From NCBI RefSeq assembly GCF_006345805.1, contig NW_021832418.1, forward strand, positions 38,154 to 102,153: a stretch of 64,000 bases of DNA, in the 5' to 3' direction. The stretch's first letter is position 1. The number at the start of each line of letters is the position of its first letter. The notes beneath the pieces were generated by a model. It had not been told where the DNA came from and searched no databases. It saw only the letters and a list, made by a program, of their open reading frames with translations. The DNA comes from Octopus sinensis. Taxonomy: Eukaryota. Below are positions 14,075 to 27,949 of the stretch, in pieces. The position numbers and the translations under genes were made by a program.

Positions 14075-14924
14075 TACGTTCTGCGTTGAAATACTGCCGA
14101 GAGCAACTTTGTCCTCTTATCATTTTAGGCTCGATAAAATAAAAAAAAACCCCATTTAAGTTCGTCGTTCAATGCATCGGCTACGTCCCATCACAACACA
14201 AAATTACGGGCATTTCCCTTAAATTCGAAACAGTATCATAAACACGTCTGTCTTAAATTTCGTGGCGGTGGAGCGATGGAATCGATTAAGCGTCAAACAA
14301 AATGCTATTGGGTATTTTGTTCCAGGTCAGTGTTGGCTCCGTATACGCCGGGGTCATCTTTGCCCTTAATTTCTGATTTGACAAAGCAAGAGTTTCTAGT
14401 AGCAGCATAAGGGAAAAATTTCAAGGGAGAAGATTGAGGTCAATGATCGCTACACATGACTGGTACATCGACCCTGTAACGGGTGAAAGGTTAAAGTTTC
14501 AGGGTGATTCGAACTCAGAAGGTAGAGAGCCGGAACAAACATCGGAAGGCAGTTTGTTCAGCTCTTTATAAGTTCTTTATAAGTTCTTCTAAGTCAATAC
14601 TACAAATAAAAATGGTTTCAAATTTTAGAGCAAGGCGGGTGAATTTGAGAGGAGGGAATCATTTGATACCAGCGACCTCAGTACTTGTCTTGTACTTGTC
14701 TGGTACTTTTATTTTATCAACTCCGAAAAAGATAAAAGACAAGGTTGATCCTGGCGGTTTTTCGTCGGGAAAAAAATATCGTAAATAGCCGAAAGGAATG
14801 CCGCAAACTATTTTGTCAAACGCTTTACCAATTCTGTCAGTTCAAATGCAAAACCTTATCTCCTCTTGATGACTCAGGTTTTAGACTTGGGTGCAACTTG
14901 TATAAATTAAAGCAAAACCAAAAC

Positions 14925-14962
<38 letters not shown>

Positions 14963-15094
14963 TATAACAACAATAATAATAATAATGATAATAATAATAA
15001 TAATAATAATAATAATATAATAATAATAATATATAACAACATATAATAATAATGATAATAATAATAATAATAATATAATAATAATAATGATACT

Positions 15095-15129
<35 letters not shown>

Positions 15130-15177
15130 TAATAAAAATAATAATAATAATAATTATACACACTAATAATAATAATG

Positions 15178-15213
<36 letters not shown>

Positions 15214-15218
15214 TAACT

Positions 15219-15269
<51 letters not shown>

Positions 15270-15294
15270 TATAACAACAATAATAATAATAATG

Positions 15295-15340
<46 letters not shown>

Positions 15341-15345
15341 TAACT

Positions 15346-15398
<53 letters not shown>

Positions 15399-15546
15399 GA
15401 ATATAATAATCCTTTCTACTAATGGCACAAGGCCTGAAATTTAGGGGAAGACGACTATCCGACTACATCGACTCTAGTGCGTAACTGGTACTTATTTTAT
15501 TGACTTCGAAAGGATGAAAGGCAAAGTCAACCTCGGCGAAATTTGC
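14075..15546 (-). mobile_element. Cluster of degraded family G SINEs with a long (AAT)n tract (14925-15405)
   Basis: G-domain matches near 14075-14140 (+), 14440-14560, 14630-14840 and 15405-15546. Confidence 0.65.
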
Positions 15547-15905
15547 TGAAGAAGATGAAGAAGATGAAGAAGATGAAGAAGAAGATGAAGAAGATGAAGA
15601 AGATGAAGAAGATGAAGAAGATGAAGAAGAAGATGAAGAAGAAGATGAAGAAGATGAAGAAGAAAAGAAGAAGAAGAAAAAGAAGAAAGCGGAGAAGAAG
15701 AAGAAGAAGAAGAAAAAGAAGAAGAAGAAAAAGAAGAAGAAGAAAAGAAGAAGAAGAAGAAGAAGAAAAAGAAGAAAGCGGAGAAGAAGAAGAAGAAGAA
15801 AAGAAAAAGAAGAAGAAGAAAAAGAAGAAGAAGAAAAAGAAGAAGAAGAAGAAGAAGAAGAAGAAGAAGAAGAAGAAGAAGAAGAAGAAGAAGAAGAAGA
15901 AGAAT
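15547..15905. repeat. (GAA)n-rich polypurine tract, about 360 bp
   Basis: Direct inspection; GAAGATGAA and GAAGAAAAA variant units. Confidence 0.95.
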
Positions 15906-16894
15906 GATAAAATTATACGAAATCATAAGTACTTTTCAATGAAAACCATTTGATTCCCCACATATGTATTCTTTGCTTTTCCTTCAAAATATTATAATTC
16001 AATACTAAAATATTTTTAACATATTCGTTATACCATAAGTATTTTTAAAAACTATCGTTTAAATCTAAATAACGAAGAATGTGATAAAGGGTACAAGATA
16101 AACAAATATAAAGAAGCAGGGCGCAAAAGAATAAAAGTAAAACTAAAACAATACCAAAAAAATGGAAAACACAACAAAAGATGACATACCTGATGTGTTC
16201 GTGTGCGCCACATAGTAACTGTTTTCCTGGAAAGAACTCTCTATATACCATTAACTCTCTCTCTCTCTATGATTCTTTCAATATTTCCCTGTGATTCTCT
16301 ATCATTTAGTTTTTCATAAATCCTCAATCTCGTACTCATACTGTCTCGTTCTTATAATATCGCAGAAAGTAAGAAGATAGAAAGACAATTCAGATCTTAC
16401 CAAATATACCCACCTCCACAAAACAGTGAAAAGGGGAAAAAACAAACAAACAAACAAATAAACAAAGACCAAAAATATGCAACGAAAAATAAATAAGAGC
16501 AACATAATCACTGAAATCCAACATTAAAAACAACAACAAAAACAAACGAAACAAAACGGGACCAGCAAAGATGAAAGACGGGAAAATGGCAGCTGCAATT
16601 GGTTGATTCTGGACTTTGCAATTGATGAAGTTAGACAAGAATACTGGAGGGTGGGATGTCTTTATGCAAAAGTCCAGATGGATAAATACGTACCCAGCTA
16701 CCTACCTACCTACCTACCTACCTACCTACTTATGTATAATTAAATAGATAGAAACTAGGATTTATACTTTCTGGAGACAAAACAACAAACGTGCATATGT
16801 GTACATAAAGTACGAGTATATGTGCATGTATGAATGAATGTATATACGTACGTGTGCATGTGTGTGTGTGTGTGTACCTTAATATTCTTGTGTT

Positions 16895-16926
<32 letters not shown>

Positions 16927-16939
16927 TTCTTCTATACAT

Positions 16940-17129
16940 TTTACTTGTTTCAGTCATTTGACTGTGGCCATGCTGGTGCACCGCTTTTAGTCGAACAAAT
17001 CAATTCCAGGACTTATTCTTTGTTAGCCTAGTACTTATTCTTATCAGTCTCTTTTCCGAACCGTCAAGTTACGGGGACGTAAACACACCAACATCGGTTG
17101 TCAAGCGATGGTGGCGGAACAACAGAGAC

Positions 17130-17132
<3 letters not shown>
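16940..17132 (-). mobile_element. 3' half of family A SINE
   Basis: Reverse complement of the family A tail. Confidence 0.85.
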
Positions 17133-17200
<68 letters not shown>

Positions 17201-17206
17201 ATTATA

Positions 17207-17246
<40 letters not shown>

Positions 17247-18303
17247 ATATATATATATATACTTACAAGGAGAGCATAAGGTATACGTACGCCGCTGTGG
17301 TGTATATATAATCCCAAAAACCGGAATAAGAGCGTAACGGACGACAATGAAAACATACGGACAGATGGACGATACAAAGACGGAGAGGAAAAACCAGGAC
17401 TGATCACTTCTGACCCTCTATTCAACAGTCAAGCTACCAATTATCATTACAGTTTCCGCCTGTTACGCATGAAACAGTTCAAAATTGCTAGGCACCGTTG
17501 TATATATGTATTTCTTTGTACAGAAATACATATATACATATATACAAAAATACGGGCATAGATATAAGTATATAATATGTGTGTGTGTGTGTATGCCGTT
17601 GCGTGTGTGTGTTTATGCCTGTGTATGTGTATGCGTATATGTGCGTGCACACATACTCGCATAAAAATATTCATTAGAAATAATCTGAGCACAACACACA
17701 CACGTACCCCCCTACACGCATGCATTCACGCACACACGCGCGCTTGCACATGCACATGCACACACACACACACATCTATCCATGCATACAAATGAGAGAA
17801 ATATGTGTATAGAAAAGGGAAGAAAATTATAGTAACTGGTTTTATATCGGATCCAATTTCTGAATTCTTTAACATTGATTTGTTCGTGTATTGAATTTCT
17901 TCAAAGATTCTAGCTCTCCTGCAACCACTATCTGTTCTAAATGGCAAATACTCTGAGTTTCTTGTCATGTGAGATTGTGTATGGCAGAGTGTTGATGCAT
18001 ATGGTTGCATATGGTTGAGTGTAGTAGTGTGTATGTGAGTGTGTGTGTCTGTGTGTTTTATATGTCTATGCATGTTTGTGCTCACGTCTGTGTGCGTGTA
18101 TGTGTATGTGTGCGTGTGTGTGGGTGTGTGTACGTGGGTCAGCATGCATGTGTGCGAGAGAGTGAGAAGGAGAGAAAGATAAAGAGAGAGAGAGAGAGAG
18201 AGCCGATTGTATGCATAGGTATGAAGCTGCAGATGTATGTATAAGGGTTTGCATACATATACATACATAAATATATATACATGTATGCATACATACATAC
18301 ATA

Positions 18304-18902
18304 GCCGCTTATAATAAAAAGTAGTACAGGTGGAATGTTCCAGTGAAGACCTTAATAAAACGTAAGCACAATAGACCTGATATAATGATTTGGGATTGAA
18401 AAGAGAAACTGTGCACAACTGTGGAAATTAGCTGCCCAACTGATGTTAACATAAAGCTGGAGGTCAGTAAAAAAGAGAATACCTGCGCTGAACTATTGAC
18501 AAATCTGAAAATACACTATCCAGATTACAAGTTCAGGTTTATACATGTAAATTGTTGGGGTTCTGGGATATGTAGCACACTGCCTAAATACTAATCTAGA
18601 GACATTAGGCTTCTCAAAACCAGAAAGCAATTTCGAAGACTACAGTTCCAATCTATCACTGGGACTGTAAAATTCTGTAAAACTTTCCAGAAGTTTATCA
18701 CTTAAATATATATGAGTATGTGTAGATATGCAACTATATGTATGAGCATACATAGATAAAGCAAATCTACACATATACATGCATATATACAAGCAAAAAT
18801 GCCCTGTTGTTGATGTTGAAATTCCAATGAAAGAGCCTTGAATCTAGGTTAGAAACCGGTTCTTTCTCTATTGGAAAGAAATCTTGAAATAAAACTGAAC
18901 AA
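18304..18902 (+). mobile_element. 5'-truncated R4/Dong-like element (RLE domain plus 3' UTR)
   Basis: WNVPVKT..HNRPDIMIWD..CTTVEISCPTDVN..YPDYKF..LGFS..GTVKFCKTF. The 3' UTR has a stem-loop at about 18718-18778. Both flanks are (CATA)n. Confidence 0.8.
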
Positions 18903-18934
18903 TACTTACATACATGCATACAAACATACGTACA

Positions 18935-19030
18935 TGCAAACTTTCGGCTTCGTACCTCTTATTATTGGAGCAACAAAATATATACCAGCCCGTCTGTACG
19001 CGGACAATTCTCAAATTAAAAGGAGAAAGA
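18935..19030 (+). mobile_element. Small R4/Dong-like RLE fragment
   Basis: FGFVPLIIGATKYIP resembles the IIIGALG region. Flanked by CATA repeats. Confidence 0.45.
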
Positions 19031-19140
19031 GAACATACATATATATATATATATACATACATGCATACATACATACATACATGCACACATGCATGCATAC
19101 ATACATACATACATACATACATACATACATACATACATAC

Positions 19141-20295
19141 TACTCTACCTAAGAGGAAATAAAGGTGGTAGAGGCCTGAGATCAGTGCAGATGGCCTTTG
19201 AATGCCGTATGGTATCACTCAGGCAGCATCTGGTAAACAACAGCATCAAATATATATATATATATATATATATATAATGCAATGCTGAAAAGTGCAGTAA
19301 ACTCCTTAAGAAAAACTCACTTCTTGATGATCTACACAGCCCCAAAACAGCTGGGGTCCCTTACCTCAGAGAAGACCTTGATGGAAAGCATTCAGTATAC
19401 AAAAAAGAAAAAAAAAAGACCATGCATGGGTATGTTGCCCGGAAATTTGAGAAGACAGTAGAACTGACACGAAGAGCAGCCTCTCTTAGACACAAGAGCA
19501 CTACATCACATCACACTTTGAAGGCTATGCGTTTGCAATCCACGAACAGAAGATTACCTGGTGTACAAGCGAGACAGTGATGCGCTTGTAATCCCAAGGT
19601 GCAATAGCAAGTGTAGACTATGTCATGTTTCTGTGGAAGACATCACGCGTATGATTAGCAGCTGCCCTAAAATGTCGTCTGGCACTACCTACCTTTGCGG
19701 CACGATGTTGTTGCTAAAACAATTTACAACGGCGTCCGCAAAAAGAGTTCTGAAATAAACTTAGAAAATAAATCTCTCTGTTATGGAACACATTCATAAG
19801 CATCAACTCAAGGAATGCTGGTGGAATATTTCCATCAAAACTTCTCTCAAATGTAGGCATAACAAACCGGATATTGTTGTTTGGGACAGAGGGGCAAATG
19901 TATGTACTACCACAGAGGTTACCTGCCCTGCAGATATTAATATCTCTTTTAAAATCAAAGAAAAAGAGGATATCTACGGACAACTGCTTCGAAACCTCCA
20001 GCTTCTATATCCAGACTATGAATTCATATTCATACTAATAATAATTGGAGCACTAGGTTTTGTTAGTAAATGCTTAAAGGGAAATCTGAATAAACTGGGA
20101 TTTTCAGAAAGAGAAACTGATCGGCTGATCCGTACATTACAAGTCCAATCTGTGAGTGGAACATAAAAAACATGTAAGACTTTTCTCAAGCTCCAAATGT
20201 GAATTTGTTTGTGTTAAGTACATCCCAAAGATGGGGCCTTGTAACTTTGTTGGAAACTGATTCCCTCCTCAGTGGAAGATTTATAATTAAAAAAT
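19141..20295 (+). mobile_element. 5'-truncated R4/Dong-like element (CCHC finger plus RLE plus 3' tail)
   Basis: LYLRGNKGGRGLRSVQ, CRLCHVSVEDITRMISSCP, RHDVVAKTIY, KPDIVVWD..EVTCPAD..KEKED..IIIGALG. Confidence 0.9.
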
Positions 20296-20391
20296 ACATA
20301 TATATAAACATACATACATACATACATGCATACATACATACAGACAGACAGACAGAGAGACAGACATACATACAGACAGACAGACATATAC

Positions 20392-20722
20392 ACTTAGGAC
20401 GGATATTGTTTTTGGGACTGAAAAGAAAAATCATGTACGTCAGCTGTCCTCCTGATGTGAATATTGCTTCGAAAATCAAGGAGAAAGAGGATAACCACAG
20501 ACAAATGCTTCAAAACCTCCATTTTCTAGATCCAGATTATAAATTCACATTTATACGAATAATAATTGACGCTTTTGATTTTGCAAATAAATGCCTAATT
20601 GACAATCAGTATAAGCTGGGATTTCCGAAAGAGAAATCAACCAACAAAATCACACGTTGCAAATACAATCTATAAGGAGAACAGTAAAAATATGGAAAAC
20701 TTTTCTCAAGTTTAAAATGTGA
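20392..20722 (+). mobile_element. R4/Dong-like RLE C-terminal fragment
   Basis: VSCPPDVNIASKIKEKED..DPDYKFTF..KLGF..KTFLK, paralogous to 19900-20195. Confidence 0.85.
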
Positions 20723-20858
20723 AATTGGTTTTTACCTATATTTTATCGATGGAGCATTGTAGATTTGTCAGAATCCAGCTCCATTGTTTACAGATAGATT
20801 ACAAATTAAAAATAAAAGAGAACACACATACATATATACATTCATATAAATATATAAA

Positions 20859-20889
<31 letters not shown>

Positions 20890-21097
20890 TATGTGACCTC
20901 GTGTGTACTGTTGGCGATTTTTTTTCCTCTGTCTTCCCTTCCCTGGATCTTTCCTTCTCCTATGTTTTCGACGAAGAGCTCCGCTCGAAACGTTAAACCC
21001 TCCTTCTTCCCTTCTTTCCGGAGCGTCCAATAATACTATATTTGTTCCACGTCCTCGCGTTGTTGTGTTTTTTATGTTTTCTTGTTTGTATTAACTT
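20890..21097 (+). mobile_element. Penelope-type non-autonomous repeat (family D) with a degenerate hammerhead
   Basis: Near-identical to the reverse complement of 54395-54590. Contains TCGACGAAGAGCTCCGCTCGAAACGTTAAAC. Flanked by (TA)n. Confidence 0.75.
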
Positions 21098-21893
21098 TAT
21101 ATATATATATATATATATATATCAGTTATGAATTAGAAAAATGGAGTTAACGCAGGTGTACTCAAATATTTTTACTTTCGACATATGTTTCGAAAATTCC
21201 ACTGATACTATTCAAAAGAATAAATGGTATAAACAATGCAATCTTCTCCTCAGGAAAGTGAAAAAAACGAAACTCGTCAATAAGACATTTTTGCAAAAAA
21301 TTATGGATTTGTATAGCGATAGACAGAACGCTATTAATATTGTTTAAAAAAATGTTATATGATATAACGTCATAAGTAGCTAACAGAAAGAGTAGGGATA
21401 TTAATAGTGAATGTTAAATATAAAGGAAATTAAAGTTTAAATTATATATAATGATAGAGACTACTTATATGCACTAAATGTATGTTTTTGCCAATGCTTA
21501 CATCTGTATGCTCGCTCTATAACCGTGTTTACTAGAGTATTTTTAGAAAAAATAATGTAAATTAGCTCAGAATTGCAGAGAAGACAGAATTTCTTGCCTT
21601 TGTCATATGGTATCGAAATTGAGAGAATCAACCATTCTAAATGAAATTGTTCATTGTGGTCTTTTAAATCCCAAATCAGTTTGCTGAGACCGGTACTATT
21701 CCGTTTATTTCTATCCCTAAATGTTGATAATGGATAGAAATTATTTAGATAACTCTAACGATGTGCTTCCAATGTAAAATCGTACTTTATTACGAGTACT
21801 GATTATACACTGGTATATAGAATTTTTAATCTTAGAGTTACTTGACATATTTTTTTCCGTGTTAATTGTTAACAAGGTAAAAATACACTCATC

Positions 21894-21952
<59 letters not shown>

Positions 21953-22227
21953 GTATGTGTGCATATATATATTATATATATATATATATATTATATATCT
22001 ATTATATATATAATTTTAAATTGATGCAATGACTGCATTGTTCAATTAAATGAATTTGCATAAACGATCGTACTGCATTATCTCTGGATATCCTTGTTGG
22101 CTATTTTGGTTTTAATCACATTACTTTGAAGTTGTATGGATAATATCGTACTAAATTCTGGTGCCTCAACTTAAGTATCATATTCATCTTAATTTAAATT
22201 TTTGCTGAACTCATCTATCACACCACA

Positions 22228-22293
<66 letters not shown>

Positions 22294-22597
22294 CTATATA
22301 TATATATAATATATATATTATATTGCTGAACTGTCTCTCCTTTTCAGTTTCAACACTACATAATCTGTCTTAGCAAAACCAGCCCAACAATCGCCTATGA
22401 CGTCATGAATGGTTTTCTCATGTACCTGCCCTGTCCCATCTAAGTTTTTCAGTCCTCATCCTCCTCCGTTCTTGTCGTTGTCGTTGCCGTTAGTACCATC
22501 AACTTCAGCATCAGCAGCATACGCTACATCATTGCTAACGTAACCCCCAACAACAAACAACAACACCGGTCACAACAGCAACATCAACAACAACAGT

Positions 22598-22632
<35 letters not shown>

Positions 22633-22789
22633 ATAGTAATAATAATAATAATAATAGTAATAATAATAATAATAATGGCCATCATTTTGAGCATTGTCAT
22701 CAACATGATAATCAAATACATACTTACGCTCACATTTATACCCAAATGTATATACATGCATACATAATACATACATACATACATACACA

Positions 22790-22822
<33 letters not shown>

Positions 22823-22825
<3 letters not shown>

Positions 22826-22971
22826 GGAGTAAACACATAAATGTGAAACAAGGTGGAAAAAAGAGTACTCAAATACCAGTGTTAGAGTAATATGCTTTAT
22901 TTAAAGCAGCAGAAAATTCAACAAAACCTGTTACTCTGAGTTTTGTTGAATTTTCTGCTGCTTTAAATAAA
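22823..22971. mobile_element. Family E repeat ending in a perfect 32-bp fold-back
   Basis: 22896-22927 is the exact reverse complement of 22940-22971. The remainder matches 13095-13182 inverted. Confidence 0.8.
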
Positions 22972-22975
22972 TAAA

Positions 22976-23054
<79 letters not shown>

Positions 23055-23122
23055 TTATCTATCTCTCTCTCTATATATATATATATATTATATAATAGGT
23101 AGATATATGTTCCCATGTTCAT

Positions 23123-23162
<40 letters not shown>

Positions 23163-24340
23163 GCACGCATATTTATATACATACATACCCCTCACACACA
23201 TATATTTATAAATATATATATTCGTCTTTTCAACATTCCATCTGCAGCCATCACTCCCCTCCACACCGCGTTATATTATCGTTCATTTGGGTTATTATAT
23301 ATTATCTTGCATTTTTTAAGGGAGGGAATATACAACTCGTCATGAATGACAATAATAATAATAATAATAATATGATGATGATGATGATGATATGATGATT
23401 GATGATGATGATGATGATGATGATGATATAATAATAATAATAATATAATATAAAATAATAATAATAATAATATTCTAATTAATAATAATGATATGATGAA
23501 ATAATAATAATAATAATAAAGATATATAATATATAATAATAGATGATGTGATATGATGATGATGATGATGTGAATGAGTGATGATGATGATGATGAGAAT
23601 AATATATAAACTAATATATAATAATAATAATATAATAATAATATAATAATAATAATAATATGATATGATGATATAATAATAAGATAATAATAATTAATAA
23701 ATATACTAATAATAAGAATAATAATCAATAAATAATATAATAATAATGATAATAATAACAATTGCAACAACAATAACAACAACTCAACTACACAATTATA
23801 TCGATAATCAAAATAAACAACAAGAATACTCAGGAGTGAAGTGAATGAGATAGAATGTAACGTAGGATGAAATTTCTCAGAATACAGATGTCTGTGTGTT
23901 TAACAAACAAACAAACAAACAACAACGGGTAACAATGGTAATTACTACAAGTTAATAAGGATAAGAACGAGTAATAATAATCACAACAACAACAATGATA
24001 ATAATAATAATGATGGTAATAATAACAACAAAAACAACAACTATAATTGTGATAACAACATTGATGATATTGATAGGAGCAATAACTACGAGGGTGATAT
24101 TGACGTTGATGATAGTGATGATGTGTTCAAAATCTAAACGTCTATTAATGGAATGTTTCTATTTGAGAAGAATAAAAAAAAAAACTTGATGCGTTTTTTA
24201 ATTTTTTTTTTATCTTATTCTTCCATGATATATCTATTTTTTTTTATTCTTTTCAGATTGTCTTTCTTTTGAGAGTCATTTGTGTGAAAATATTTCTCAT
24301 TAATTCCACTTGAATATATGCCAATGTATCCTGGTCTACC

Positions 24341-24386
<46 letters not shown>

Positions 24387-24554
24387 CACATACACACACA
24401 CACAGACACACACACACACTAACACACACACAAGTGTATATACCTGTATATATATGTATGTATCTGATTATGTATAGACTCAGAATTCAATTAAATTCAT
24501 CCATGTTTATATCTATTCATGCACACATACTCACACGCATACTCACACGCACAC

Positions 24555-24589
<35 letters not shown>

Positions 24590-25024
24590 CATATATATGA
24601 ATATGTACATATATATATATATACATATGTATGTATATATATACACACATATATGAATATATATATATATACATACGTCTGTGTGTATTGTGTTAAGAGT
24701 ATTTCTAAAATAATGTAATTTTGTAAGCATGATAGATGGTTAAGTGAATATATATATATATATATATATCTATATATATAATATATATATATAGTATCTA
24801 TATACATATTCATGGCCAGATAGATAGGTAGATAGATAACACCGAATATACCAAAATATTCTGAAGGAATTTGGTTTCATTACTTAAGAAATCTTCAGGT
24901 GAAATCGATAAATATCCTCTATCGTTTTTTCTGAGATACTTTGTTCCCCAAAAATATTTTTACTACAATGCATAAATTAAATTTATATCTATCTATCTGT
25001 ACAATGTGTACATTTATACATAAA

Positions 25025-25060
<36 letters not shown>

Positions 25061-25498
25061 TGTGTGTGTGTGTGTATGTGTGTGTGTGAGTATGTGTGAG
25101 TATGTGTTTGCATGTGTGTGTTTGCATGTGTGTGTTTGCATGTATATATACATATATATATATGCAAACACACACATACACACACATATGGTGACGGTGA
25201 GCTAACCGAAACTTCGAAGTTACTGTTAACCTTTTTCTTACAAAATATATGTACTTTACAAAACATTTTTTTAGTAATACTTAAGTTTAATGTGAAATCA
25301 TTTTTATATATACACAGTCAGGTGTTAAGATCGTGCACACCAATACATTGATACGTACTTATGTATATATTACATGTGTACATATATCATTTATGTTTTT
25401 CATTTACCTGTTTCAGTCATTAAATCATGGCCATGCTGGGGTAATGCTTTCTAGTCGAGCGAATGGACCCCAGTGACTAAACGTAGACTCATAAACAT

Positions 25499-25532
<34 letters not shown>

Positions 25533-25674
25533 TACTGCTCCGTGATGGTAAGATCAACAAAACGATAAAAGTACTGCTGTGAGGTAAATATTATTTAATA
25601 AATACAATATTTAGCTTCATGTACTATTATTCGTTTCATGTGCTGAGAACATGCTAGATATTATTTTATAACAC

Positions 25675-25750
25675 ATCTGGTGTCCCAGCACAATCATCAG
25701 GTACTTCTCACATGGCATATGGAACTGATGATTGTACAGGGGCACCAGAT
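25675..25750. ncRNA. Candidate pre-miRNA-like hairpin
   Basis: 26-bp stem with 2 mismatches and 1 G:U, plus a 24-nt loop, in unique sequence. No match to conserved miRNAs that I recall. Confidence 0.35.
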
Positions 25751-26439
25751 ATCTTTGGCATATAGATAATGAGGACGACAGATATTACTACATCCATCAA
25801 CGCCAACGCCGCCGCCGCCGCTGCCACATTCACCCCCACCCCTACCCCCACCGCTACAATCATCACCATCACTACCACCACCCTCGTTACCACTGAGTCA
25901 AAGAGCTGCTCAAAATAGCAGTGAAGTTTGCCTCGAATGAAACATTAGTTTAAAGATCACGCGCGCGCACACAAACACGCATACGCACACACATACGCAC
26001 ACACATACGCACCACACACCCATACACACGCATATATTGTAATCATATTCTCTTTGATACACTTTCTGAATAAATGATGTGACCACCAGCTGGATTAGGA
26101 TCAGCCTGGGGTTAAAATTGAACAACATCAACAACAACAACAACAACAGCAGCAGCAGACAGAGCCAAAACACAACAGTAACGACGAGGGGAACAACAAT
26201 AAGAAAAGAGCAGCAACAACAGTGAAATCAACAATATTGACAACAACAACAGCAACCACGCCAGTAATAGCAGCAGCAGCAGCAGCAGCCTCAGCAGCAG
26301 CAGTAGTCGCAGCGGCAGCAGCAGCAGGCGGACAGAAGCAGCAATATTGTGAAGAATTAAGAAAATATATTATTCAGAAATCCAATAATACTATAATTAT
26401 CTGAATATAGACTCGTATTTATAGTGGACCGTGGATGAT

Positions 26440-27120
26440 GGAGATATGATAACGATGATGATGAGAGGCTGCTGGTAGTGGTGACGACGATGGGGCTGCT
26501 GGTGCTGGTGCTGTTGTTGTTGTTGTTGGTGGTTGTGGTGGTGGTGGTGATGGTGGTGGTGGCTGTAACTGTTGTGGTGGTGGTAGTGGTGGTGATGATG
26601 GTGGTGGTGGTGGCGGTGGTGATGGTGGTGGTGGTAGTGGTGGTGATGATGGTGGTGGTGGTGGCGGTGGTGATGGTGGTGGTGGTGATGGTGGTAGTGG
26701 GTGTAACTGTTGTGATGGTGGTGGTGGCGGTGGTGATGGTGGTGGCTGTAACTGTTGTGATGGTGGTAGTGGTAGCTAGTGATGGTGGTGGTGGTGGTGA
26801 TGATGGAGGTGGTGGCGGTGGTGGTAGTGGTGATAAATGAGATGGTGAAGTGAGAGGGGATCTGGGGGGGGGGGACTGATGACGATGTCGAGGATGATGG
26901 TAGTGGTGGTAGCTGTGTTAGTTGTGGTGGAAGTGGTGTTGATGGTGGTGATGACAATGTTGAGGATATCGGTGGTAGTGGTGGGAATGACGACGATAAC
27001 AATGATGACGGTGATGATGATGAGAGGCAATGGTTGTGGTTGATGATGGTGAATGTGATGACAATGATAGTGATGATGATGGCGATGCTGCTGCTGCTGC
27101 TGCCGTTGATAGTTGCAGCT
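26440..27120. repeat. (GGT/GAT)n compound microsatellite with a recurring GCTGTAACTGTTGTG unit
   Basis: Direct inspection. Confidence 0.9.
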
Positions 27121-27290
27121 GGCTTTCGACATTGCTCTGATTAATGTTTTTAGAGAGGAAGAGAAGGAGGAGGAGAGAGAGAGAGAGAGAGAGGAAGTAA
27201 TCCTTCGCTAATTTTGTAGACAATTTAACTGTGGGTTGGTTGGTTAGTTGGTTGGTTGGTGTGTTCGTGCGTGTATGTGTGTGTGTGTGT

Positions 27291-27355
<65 letters not shown>

Positions 27356-27473
27356 CTTTAAACTTATGTTTCATTCGAGGCAAACTTCACTGCTATTCCC
27401 AGCAGGTTAACTGAATAACCAACACTCCTTGTTGGGGACACAATCCATATGTATATGTATGTATATATGTATA

Positions 27474-27876
27474 GGCGCAGGTGTGGCTGTGTGGTAAGTA
27501 GCTTGCTAACCAACTACATGGTTCCGGGTTCAGTCCCACTACGAGGCATCTTGGGCAAGTGTCTTCTGCTATAGCCCCGGGCCGACCAATGCCTTGTGAG
27601 AGGATTTGGAAGACGGAAACTGAAAGAAGCCTGTCGTATATATGTATATATATATATATATATATGTATGTGCGTGTGTATGTTTGTGTGTCTGTGTTTG
27701 TCCCCCTAGCATTGCTTGACAACCGATGCTGGTGTGTTTACGTCCCCGTCAAAAGAGACCGATAGAATAAGTACTGGGCTTACAGAGAATAAGTCCTGAG
27801 GTCGATTTGCTCGACTAAAGGCGGTGCTCCAGCATGGCCACAGTCAAATGACTGAAACAAGTAAAAGAGTAAAAGA
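27474..27876 (+). mobile_element. Full-length family A SINE
   Basis: Same head, core and tail as 10720-11125. Confidence 0.9.
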
Positions 27877-27909
27877 GGTATATGCATTTACATATACATG
27901 CATAGGTAA

Positions 27910-27947
<38 letters not shown>

Positions 27948-27949
<2 letters not shown>

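Noticed and set aside
16191-16227. Possible minus-strand 37-nt exon with a GTATGT donor
   Set aside because: Weak acceptor, no recognisable peptide, and not frame-preserving.
16608-16678. Inverted repeat TCTGGACTTTGCA / TGCAAAAGTCCAGA
   Set aside because: Only about 13 bp pair and the interior is irregular, too weak for a pre-miRNA call.
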